Below are positions 52,401-64,000 of a stretch of 64,000 nucleotides of DNA, piece by piece (position 1 is the first letter of the stretch; every line of letters begins with the position of its first letter). A program made the position numbers and the translations under genes. This stretch comes from Octopus vulgaris (lineage: Eukaryota), in contig OX597825.1 of NCBI GenBank assembly GCA_951406725.2, positions 47,616,001-47,680,000 of the forward strand, read 5' to 3'. The notes under the pieces were generated by a model that saw only the letters and a program-made list of their open reading frames with translations, was not told where the DNA came from and did no database searches.

Positions 52401-55045
52401 CTGGAAACGAACGAGTGGGACAACGGAGCCAATGTATTCAAGGAAAATCACTCAGAGGATCTTTTGAAACGCAAAGACTCTCTATTTAACAATATTATTC
52501 AAGGGGAAAACATTAGCTTCGAGAGTTTAAACGGTGAAAGCCCTTCCGTGAGCGAGGCAGCAGATAAGTTGGCTGCAATAACAGCAACAGCAGGAACAGT
52601 AACAACAACAACGACAACAACAACAGCGGCACCATCAACAACAATAACAAATGTGACAACAGCAATAGAAAACCAACAACGGCAGCAACAAAAGCAACAA
52701 CAACAATGACAAAGACAATGAAAGAGCTAAGACGCAAACCGCTAGAACGGCTTGGAACAGCCTTTCAAAGCTCTCTTTTGCCGGAGTAACTAAATCATCT
52801 CTCCAGAAAATACAATTCTCTGAAGAAGAACTGAAATATGCTAGACAACTAGTCCAGAGAGATGGACTAGCTGTAAAGCTGAATACCCCAAGCTATGATA
52901 TCCAAGCTATGATACCTCGCACAGTGACATAGCGTACAATCAAGTTAAAGTCAAGAACGGTGGAAAAGCCGCAGAAGCTCAAATAAAACAAGCTTTAGGT
53001 TCCGTCTGGGATCTAAAGGAATATATACAGAGAGGAAAGGACTATCGAATGGTGGACATTCGATTCCACACCCAGGAAGAAGCTAAAATTCATTCTCTGA
53101 ATCCCCTCAAAAGCGAGGAGCTGTTGCTAGATCCTTACTACTGCGGTCAGAGACTGGCAAAAATTATAATCCAGCAGGTGCCGCCAGAAATAGCCATTCC
53201 TTGGCTAATTGCAGCAGTGGTGATAGACATTGAGGAAAACTCGAAAATCCTCGAAGCCTATCAGACCAAGAAGGAAAACTGGTCTGGGATGACCGTAGAA
53301 TTCCTCATTCAAACAAAACAAAAGAATGTGGATCTTATCCTAAACTAAATCTTCCTGAAAGTAGCATAATTCCTGTCAGAGTTATGGAAGAAAACCAAAG
53401 TGCTACTATTGCTTTTCACCTAAGTATTTAAAAATCAACTGCGCCAAGCTAAACGAAAAAGAGAGACGGACACCTTCCCGCTCTACACCAACAACGGCCA
53501 CCAGAACTCCAGCGACAACAGCAGCAGCACTATCACCATCAGCAGATTCAGCCATAGCACCCCCAACACCAACACCAACATCCATACCGACACCGAGTTC
53601 ACCCAAACATTTCTCAGCGCCCGAAGTTGTTCCACTTCCCGATGCAGAGCGGATGGACATCATAGCTGGAGAGACGGACCGCGATGAAGACTGACAGTTA
53701 AAAACAAAAAACAAGAAAAAACGTAAAAGAGACTGAAGGGAAAATAAACATGGAGACACAACAACAATAACAATCCTCATCCACACAAGAAATGGAAAGG
53801 AAAAAAATCAAAACAAGAAGAACAAACACGTCCAAAACGAACACCGCATCGACATCACCACCTCTAACACTTGAAACACAAGCCATTCCACACACGTAAT
53901 AACAACAATCACAACCACCACCACCACAACAACAACAATAAAAAACACAAAATAAAGACAGTAACATTACGAACTACATGGCAATAATTTCAGCCATCGA
54001 TGAATTAATGAAATATGTAACAATACGCACAAACGTTACACCAAAAGATTTTTTCTCGCACCCACATCCTCCTTACCTGCACACACACAAATCATTCAAA
54101 CAACACAAAACTTATACACACACTTAAAAACACATTTCCCACAGGAAATCGGAGATGTTCGCCAGAATGTTACCAAGAGAATTCTTGGTGACTTACCGTT
54201 GCAAAAACCCTAAGCCAACGGTAGGGACTGGCAACCCGCCCCTGCAAACAAAACCAAGTAAGTTTTCCCTTTTCTTCACTTTTTCCAACAACATAGTCGT
54301 GTACAAAATCGAATGTACATGGCCTTGGGTCACCTTGGAAGCGGGGTCACCTGTGCAATGATTTCAGGGAAAGGGACTGAAAACAAATACTTTTCTCTCT
54401 GGTCAATCCCTGGTGAACTTTTTCAAGTTTCACTTGTAAAAGAGAATAAGGGTAGAGAAGGAAGTGTTGTCTTCTAGTTAGTTTGCCGAAAGGTGGATGA
54501 AAGTGGCGAGAATGGTACGAGCGAACTGGCCTGGCCTGAGAATAAGCCTGTAGTTGGAAAGAGGAAAGGAAACGACAAAAAAAAAAAGAATAAAATAAAA
54601 AGTCACCTGCCCCAAAAGTCAAGGTACCCATAGTTTTTATGGGGTTTTTCTATGAGCAGCCCTCGAGCGTCTCCTCCCTATTGAGGATTACACATTGTTG
54701 ATCTCACTTTTTAAAAAATTATATTAGTCTTTCGTTTTTGGATTTGGTTTGCAAGATTCTTTATATGAGTTCGTGTGTTGAAGCATATTCTGTTGTGTAT
54801 GGGGAGAGTCATTCTCTTTTAGTGCCTTATTATTTAACACACTCACCAGTAAAATTTCCACTTATTCCTTATTTTTATTTTCTAAAATTTTCGTTGCGTC
54901 TTGCAACCTTTTCAATAGTCTTGACTCTGAATATATTAGTCTTGTTTACATGCAAAACCCTCACAACTACACACACTCACACGCATACACACATTAATTT
55001 TGCTTTGTCCTGTTCTATCTGTAATGTTTGTCTTCATGTAAACCC
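52400..55045 (+). mobile_element. Tx1-clade LINE with decayed ORF1 and almost all of ORF2 deleted
   Basis: ORF1 relic (DIRFHTQEEAK..PYYCGQRLAKI). Endonuclease start GLGSPWKRGHL at ~54320 is joined at ~54365 to the C-terminal KGLKTNTFLSGQSL. 3' UTR AATAAA at ~55053, then (ATC)/(ATT)n. Confidence 0.8.
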
Positions 55046-55061
55046 TTGTGGTTAATAAAGA

Positions 55062-55545
<484 letters not shown>

Positions 55546-55754
55546 TACAAATACACAAACGTAATAAAGAGATAATATATTTTGTATAAAAGACCTGTGA
55601 TATGGTATTGTATAATTAATATACAGAGTTAAACTTTACATTTAATCTATTTTCGCCAACCCTATATTGAAATTATGCATCAGAATAGAAGTAACATCTT
55701 AACAGCGTATTTCCGCGGTCATACTATCTTCTTCTTCGTGTTCTTCTTCTTCTT

Positions 55755-55793
<39 letters not shown>

Positions 55794-55974
55794 GTCACCA
55801 TTATCACTGTAATCACCACCACAACTGTTACAGCTGAGATTACCTCGACGAGAGGCAATGCCACAACAATCACCCTTCCCGCTAGCACCACAACCACTAT
55901 ATCCATCACTACCACGACCACTACCATCACTGCTACCACAGCTACCTTTGGTGTTGTAGTTATTGTTGTTTTAA

Positions 55975-56124
55975 CTGACAGGCGGCGCGAGGCAGGACTG
56001 GAAAGTCAGCGAGGACTTGTGACGGCTGAGAAGTTGACAACAGGTCGCCGAGAGATTCCGATGACGTCGGCCAATTAGCGAGTGGCAGTCGGAGGAGAGG
56101 GTAACAGTCAAGCCGAAGGAGGGA

Positions 56125-56166
<42 letters not shown>

Positions 56167-56338
56167 TAGTAGTAGTAGTAGTTGTGGTGGTGGTGGAGGT
56201 AGTAGTAGTGAAAGAAGGAGTTGGTCATACAAATCTTCCGCAGATGTGTGCTGATATCGAAACAGGAGGCACAGATCTTCAGATTTGAGATAATACAGAC
56301 AAAGCTGGCAAAGTGATTTATACAACAATGACCTCAAG
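55975..56338 (+). other. Possible promoter / first exon of a host gene
   Basis: Locally GC- and CpG-rich. TGACGTC at 56062, CCAAT at 56071, ACAACAATG at 56328, then splice donor AAG|GTAAGG at 56339. Confidence 0.3.
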
Positions 56339-56551
56339 GTAAGGTATTGCAACAACCCTTCCTTATTTTACACAAATACACAAACACACACGCACACACA
56401 CACATATATATGCATCTGTAATTATATAAGGACTTGTAGTTAAGAGCATTCTTTCATGCTTGCCTGAGAATGATTATAAACATCTAAACAGATTTACAAT
56501 TTGTGTAAAATGCACACATTTCGTGCGCAGGCACACATACTCACGCATATA

Positions 56552-56598
<47 letters not shown>

Positions 56599-57103
56599 GC
56601 ATGTGTGTATGTGTGTGTGTGAAAGAGTGTGTATGTATCTATAATTTGCACACATAGCTAGGGCCTCCGAGAAAAAAAATTGTAAAGTAGAAAGAAATTG
56701 TTTTGGGCCTCATCTGGAAAGAGATGGGAATCTCCTCGCCGTGTTAGTGATGCATGAGTCTCTATCTATTGATCTTCATCGATCTCTACCCAACAATCCC
56801 TTCTTTGCATCCCTGGAACCCGGGTCGTTGTACCAGCTGAATCCTATCTCTCACTAGCACTGTGTGTGGGAGGGGAAGCAGGCACGTGTGTATGGTGGGA
56901 GTATGAGAGAGTGTATGTGTGTGTGCGTGCGTTTCTGCGTGTGTGTCTGTGCACGACAACGTTAACCAGGATTGTCCGAGCTATGTTTATGAAAGAAACT
57001 TTTTTATTTTGCGCGTACGCATGCACTCACTCATTGATAGGTACGGTGTTATTTCACGTATGCATTGGTAATTAAGACGTACACTTTTACACCCATATAC
57101 GTA

Positions 57104-57200
<97 letters not shown>

Positions 57201-57974
57201 GTATATATATATATACATTCATATACATACTATGTATACATGCGTACTATATATGTATACATGTATATATGCATGGGTATATATATATATTATACACATA
57301 ACTCATTCTGTATACATGTACGTACACGTGTATGTACATACACACACATACATATACATACATACGTGCATATATATATATATATATATATAAATATAAT
57401 ATACATTCAAAAATTTTCTCTCTTAAATGTTTTAAAAGAAATATTTAATTATTAACTATTGAATACTTTATTCAAGTAAAAACGTTTTTAATACCTACTT
57501 AATATATTCGTGTGTGTATATGTGCGTATGTGTATATATGTATGTGCGTGTGGGTGCTTGCTTGCGGGTGTAAAATAGTCTATTCATATACAGGGCGAAG
57601 ATATTTTTATTCCTTGGTATGTAGATAAGGTGTGTAAGATATGTTCTCACGGACAATCATTTGGAAGAGTCAACATTTCCCAGTCTCTTGTACTGTTTAT
57701 GTAGAAGAGGGAGGGAGATTGGGCGTGAGGGAGAGAGAGAGAAGGCGAAAGCGGGAGAGTGAAAGAGAGAGAGAGAGAGAAAAAGAGAGAAAGAGAATGT
57801 CAATAACCATTACAGGGTCTTCAGCTTAGATTTTCAACGTGCTTTTATGATTCCTAAATATTCTGTATTTATAGCTAAACTATTATTAATTGGTTAATTA
57901 GTCGTGACGTCTACTCACTAGTGACCATTAAAAGCGGTAGCCGCTCTGACATATTTACATTCACAACATGCTCG

Positions 57975-58009
57975 ATTATGGTCTCTTAGACGACTCACGT
58001 ATGCACACA

Positions 58010-58072
<63 letters not shown>

Positions 58073-58332
58073 CTTTATATATATATATATATATTATATA
58101 TTTATATTATATAATAATAAATATTAGGGAATAAATCCAAATTTACAGGGAAATGCATAATAGTGGTTTTGTCTCTAATTAATATTATATATATTATATA
58201 TATATATATATATAATATATATATATATTATATATATATATATATATAAGATATATATATAAATATATATATATATATCTGTGTGTGTGTGTGTGTGTGT
58301 GTGCATACATGAGTCGTCTAAGAGACCATAAT
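57975..58332. repeat. Fold-back inverted duplication including microsatellites
   Basis: ATTATGGTCTCTTAGACGACTCA(C/T)GTATGCACACAC-(CA)n-(TA)n mirrored on the opposite strand. Confidence 0.85.
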
Positions 58333-59879
58333 GTATATATATATATATGTACAGACATATACACACACATATGCACATACACAGTAAAACATGTACGTGT
58401 AAACTCTGTAACAGTTGGGAAACAAATACCCAGTCTAATGTAAATGTAAACAGTAACTCATACACACAAGCGCATATACACATCCATACATACGCTGTTC
58501 TAAATGTATCCTTGTGCATCCCTCTATGTCCGTGTATCCTTGTATATCATTGTGTATCTATGTGTACATGCGTGCACACACTTCTGTTTCTGTGTATCCC
58601 TGTGTGAACACGAGAATCTTTGTATATTCTTGGGCGTGTATGAGTATTTGTGTGTGTTTAGATATGGCTGTGTTTGTGTAGTGTTGATATATATGTATTT
58701 GCATTTATGCTTGAGTGTGTTTATCTTAAATGTGCAATAAATTTGAATTACCATGTGCATACGTCTGTGCGTGTTTGTGTGAGTGCAAGCGCATGAGTCA
58801 GTATGTGTTTCCGTACACGTTTCTCTCTTCCTTTTGTTTTTCTCTTTCTCTCCTATCCCTATCTCTTTGTCTCTTTATGTCTACCTATTTGACTGTGTAC
58901 CTATGTGTTAAGGCGTATATATCAATGTGCATGCTTGTGTGCGCGTGTACCTCTACCTGTAGTCTGTACATGTGGGTGCTTGTGGGCGTTTGTGTGTGTA
59001 AAGGTATCTGAGTATAAGATGAGATAATCATATGCTACTAGTATAGCTCCCACCCACCGTACAGGTTGTTAAGGAGATCTTGAGATATTCGGCTGCCAAA
59101 TATTCCACCCAAGCTGCACTTGTGAGATCAAGATTAAGCCTACTGATATACCTGGTATGAATGTGGTATAGGAGGAGTAGTGTTAAGTGACTTGACGAAG
59201 GTACGGTGAAAATATTACAAAGTAACAATATTGAAGCGTTGTATCTCATTCGATGGTTTAAAAAATTACTTTGTGTGTGTTGGGATACTTTGTGTTTATA
59301 AGGGATAAGAGGTTAATTGGTAAGGATATCAAAATAAGAAAACAAAATAATAAGAATTTACAGGCGATTAAAATTAGTAGTAGGGAAAATATAAAGATAA
59401 CCAGAAAAGATGGGCTAAAATGGTATGGAAGTAGTGAGGGTAGTTAAAGGTATTCAGACCGAAGAGATTTTATATGTTGTAATGTTACAGGTGTTATTGT
59501 ATTATGATTTTATAGTTTCTAGGGTTTATGATTTAGTCAAAAGGAGACTTGCTTACATAAAGTCACTACAAATATAAATGATATGATCAGTAGGGTAGAA
59601 CATCATAGAAAGGAAAATAGTGTAATCACTAAAATAGAAAGAAGTCAAGACTAACTAGGCAAGGGTTATCATGGGATAGTATTATATATAGCACACCACA
59701 TACCATAATACATAGCTTATAACATATGCAGTGCAATATAATTCACCATATAACATAATATTACATGATTTTATTATATCAAATACTAGAGGTTAAGTTT
59801 ACAACGGATACGACACCAACATTAATTTCCACCATCAAAGTTCAAGTATAGCAACTATAATCGTTAGTTACGAAAATAC

Positions 59880-60535
59880 TTAAATGTACGGATGACGTTA
59901 TGCATGTATGATACCCTTAGATCTAATCTATTATTAATAAGGCTGTTCTTGTCTCTATACTTAAAAATTTCATAAGTTTCCATAGAGCACCCACTTCGAC
60001 TATCTCTATAAGGCTGCGCTTCCCGTATTATATCCAATTTTAGGCTAAATCCGATCCAACTTTCTTTCAGTTCCCAAATCTTGCTAGATAAGGACGTATA
60101 ATTGGCTTTATGTTTGAGTCTAAAAGACTTGTGCCATATTCAAACATGATTTCTAAGTTGAAGCTTTTAAAGAATTTTCTGATTCTTTTCCTCATTCTTT
60201 CTATGACCGATTTATTGTCACTAGCATTATCTCTATATAAACCTCCCTGCAATTCAGGTATTTCTCTATTAAGGCACTTTAAGAGATACGCACCAACTAG
60301 ATTAGTAATTTCCGCCGAATCACTCGGGCCCATAGCTATATCAAAATTATCAGGGGTGTTGGGCCTCGGCCGTAACTTACCTTTAAATTCTCTGATAGTC
60401 TTCAAGGCTAAAAGAATAATGTCACGTGTATCCCTAGTTATTAGAGAGAGATATTTTGCGAAAATTAGGGATTTGTTAAAAAGAATATGAGATATACTAT
60501 TAAATGGGATATAATACGGGGATCGTATATGTCAT
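59880..60535 (-). mobile_element. Penelope-like (Poseidon-type) RT relic
   Basis: FDIAMGPSDSAEITNLVGAYLL and GGLYRD motifs. Confidence 0.75.
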
Positions 60536-60540
60536 CTTAG

Positions 60541-63500
60541 TGTCGTGCACTAATAACAGTGTAATACAACAATTTTCTGCGACTCCACGAATTCACTAAT
60601 GACACCTTTCGACTTCCTGCGATTTCTCCTCTCTCGCTCTCAGTCAAACACGCCGCTACTTATACGAGTGTGGCTAATCCATCCTCATGATTTTTGCCAT
60701 AACATCTCCCCTTTTTTTCATCATCACCTCTCCATTTTCTTAATTTCTTCAGAAGTTTTAATACGACTTTCGCTTTGGGACTATTTTTAGTCTTTCTATT
60801 TGTTTACGCTTTCTATTGCTGATCCGCCTAGGTTCAACCACTTTTAGCGTTGGAACATGGAAGAAGTCATAACAACACTTCCATTGGTATTTCTTCTCCT
60901 TCTTCGGTATGTCGAGTCTTCAACTGGTTCAAATATCGTTTGCGCTCTCCTATTTGACATTTTATTATGTACATCATACCGCCTACTCTTTTCGTCACTA
61001 TACCGTCCGCCTGACCTTGTCTTCCATTCTTAAATATTTTGAAATGAACTTTATCTCCCACATTAAAATACTTTATTATGTTTCTTAGGTTATCCCTATA
61101 AATTTTTCTTGTAGGTAACAATTTATCAAAAATTGATTTTATCATCCGGGCAAACATTAACTCTGCGGGCGACTTAAAGGTGTTCGGGTTAGGTGTTACC
61201 TTGCAAACCCTTAAGAATTGAGTCAGTGCTGCATCATTGCCTAATTCATTTCTTGATTTTTAGTGATCGTTTAAATTTATCTACGAACCTTTCTGCTAGC
61301 TCATTTGATCTCGTGTGGTACGGTAGAGTAGAGATGTAATTGATTGCATACCTTTCACAGAAATTTTAAGTTCGTACCCCGAAAGCTGCGTTCCGCTATT
61401 CGATACTATGGTGCCCGGAACGCGAAATGTTTTCCCCACGAGAGTTCCGGACTCCAGTTATGAATTCCTTTGCATACAGCCAATCAGAGCTCGACTATCA
61501 AACTAATTTATGAGCGCATGACAAGTGATGAAGATAAGGTCACTTGGGTAAGAAATGACCATGCTTCTTTTCTCTTTTAATAAAGTTCGTTGTTCTTGTT
61601 CCAACCATGGCTGCCTCTGCGTTGTTATTTGTGTTGTTATTTATTTTGTAAAACAGTAAGGGTGGTGACTTTACTGCGAGAGCACCTCTGCAGGATTTCA
61701 CGAATTGCTCAATATCACGGTCTATAGTAGGGCAGTACACTTAACTCCTCATTACTCATTTAATTCTTGAAATCCCTGGGTGTCCCATATGAAATTCATT
61801 TAGTACACGCTTTTGTAGTGCATCTGGCACTACAACTCTATGTGTACATCGACACATTATCACACAGAGAAAAAATGGTTCCCATTTGTGTTACGTATAT
61901 TTTTATATTCGTTTACCTTCAATACTTCTTTCATCTTTGCAATGAATTTGTCATTTTCCGATTTTAATTTTATATCTTGAATAGTTACTGGCAGCTCCCG
62001 AATGATGTTACACAAAATGTTCTTTTTTATTTCGTTTTCCGCTCGCAACGCGGCAATCACGGTATCTTCGAATAGTTCTGTATTATTTAAAAAATATTTT
62101 TGCTTTACAGGTTTTACCACGAAATGTAATGTCGCATATAAGTTAGCCTAAGAAGTGTAATCTTTCACTTGTGACACCTCGCGCACTTTTCAATGTTTTC
62201 TTTAATGTAGGTTTCCCAATTTTCTTCCATGTGTCGGTATCAATAATTGTAATGTCACTACCTATATGATAGTTTCATGTTCGCGTCGTTTATTTTTACA
62301 TACACGTACTTTCCTTCTGGGCGTCGTCACGACTTTCCGTTGAGCAAATCTCTCTAGAAGAATTTTTTCGACCTCTTTTGCTTTGCTATGTAGTGCGAAG
62401 TTTTATGTCCAATTTTTTGACAAACATTGTCGAGTTTTAAACGGACAGTCTTTCTTAAAATGCAGACCTCCACACTCATAACATTGATTTGGTCGTAACA
62501 TTCTTTTTTGTTATTCATTACTGGTTGACATGTCTGTACTTAAAAGAAATTTTTTCTTCAATCTTTCTTCGCGCCCTGTGGGAGGTTGATAGTTCTTTGA
62601 CAATTCTCTGTTACTGCCTGCAGGGTTAAATTTAGGCCCTCCTGTTTTAGTTTTGTAAGAATCTGTACACGTATTTCTCGCACAAAGATAAGGCAATTAG
62701 ACATGTCCGGAGATAATTCCTTAAGTTTAAATTTTTCGCACATTTTATTTACGATTCCAGCATAACAGACAAAACCTTCGTCTTCTTATTTTACTGAGTT
62801 CAAACACTCCCAGCGCGTGAACTCCTATCGCTGAACATTTTGAATATTAATTCAATTGTTTCCTCGAAACAAATTTCACTTGCTTTTTTTTAGGCAAGAT
62901 AAAATTGCAGTATTTTTCATGTTCTGAAGTTTCCGTAACAGTAGTCTCACTTTTTCATCGTCTGTCCAACACTTCCATTCTTCCTTGAAGATTTCTTCGT
63001 ATCTTCAGAAGTACGCCGAAAAAGTTATACCCACTTCTGGGTTATGCCTAAATTCAGTTATAGCATTCGCTACGCCGTCTGGTGAAAACGAACTTCCCGA
63101 TTTCAGAATTAGTTCCAGCAACTGATTGTGTTGTAGTAGTTGTTGTTTTTGTAGTTGTTGGTGCATCTCCTGTTGCTACCGTTACTGCTGCTTTTGCAAC
63201 TGTAATATGTCGCCAATTGTTGTAACGTAGATGTCTTCGTCGTCACATTTATATCGTGACGCTGTATGCCACTTTTATAACGCAGACTTATAACAGGATT
63301 GTATACAATACCACGGGTACGAAGTTGACACCAACATTCTCCTCTTGATGTATTCCCAAATACTCTACCAATAACTGTAACCTATCCAAAACAACTCTCA
63401 ACGAACTATAACAACTTCTCAACAATTCACTGCGACCTCACGAATTCGTGAACGATACCTTTCGACTCCCTGCAATTTCTTTTCTCTCGATCTCAGTCAA

Positions 63501-63569
63501 ACACGCTGCTACTTATACGAGTTTGGTTAGTCCATTCTCACAGGGGGTGTCATTATTCTCGCCACAACA
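60541..63569 (-). mobile_element. Ty3/gypsy LTR retrotransposon relic lacking RT/RNase H
   Basis: Direct LTRs at ~63252-63569 and 60541-60704 (TG..CA), PBS-like TGACGACGAAG at ~63240, PPT AAAAAAAGGGGAGA at 60705-60718. Gag knuckle CYECGGLHFKKDC, protease and integrase remnants (HPGISR, PYHTRSNELAERFV, SPAELMF). Confidence 0.85.
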
Positions 63570-63715
63570 CTATTGGTGGACTAGCCCCTCCTTGCACTTT
63601 CAGCTTGATCTTATCTGTTAATGTGCCTCTCCTGATCACCATACTCCTTGGTTTCATGTGCTTAAACTTCAGTCTAGCCCATGATGCCATGTGTTTAAGT
63701 GAAGTAATCACTCTT
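63570..63715 (-). mobile_element. RLE-type (NeSL/Hero-like) LINE RT fragment
   Basis: SWARLKFKHMKPRSMVIRRG resembles the WARMKFKPKKSRS thumb motif. Confidence 0.5.
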
Positions 63716-64000
63716 TCTTTTCTGCCTCCACACACACACACACACACATACACACGCACACACACGCACACGGACACATGCGCACATGCACACACAAAGA
63801 CACACACACACACATTTTAATAGTAGGAATATTTCTTAGTACCACTTCTCATGAATACTCGGCTAAAGTAATCTAACAATATACTACATTAATCAACTAA
63901 TAACTGTTTCGTAATGAAGTAATAGATATTAAGCGCATGGCAAACCTAAGTTTTGTATAATAACGTCTAGTATATGTATCGCAGAGTAAGGAATGAAGAC

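Overview
AT-rich, microsatellite-dense eukaryotic DNA, most likely a cephalopod (Octopus-like SINE families), made almost entirely of decayed mobile elements. These include several Tx1/L1-clade LINE copies, three of them sitting in (TCTA)n tracts, two Ty3/gypsy relics, a hAT (Buster/Charlie) transposon with TSD, Tc1/mariner relics, R4/Dong-like LINE relics, tRNA-derived SINEs, and many Penelope-like (PLE) fragments and hammerhead-ribozyme (HHR)-like repeats. No complete host gene is visible; there is only a possible first exon near 56.3 kb. The standout feature is at 46,624-49,241: a compact element with the only long intact ORF in the window (431 aa, a LINE-ORF1-like protein with a CCHC zinc knuckle, no RT or endonuclease). 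It carries a type I hammerhead ribozyme in its 3' UTR and has a ~675-bp inverted duplication of its 3' end, so it is a candidate protein-coding retrozyme / PLE-mobilised element. All calls were made by eye, without alignment or database search.
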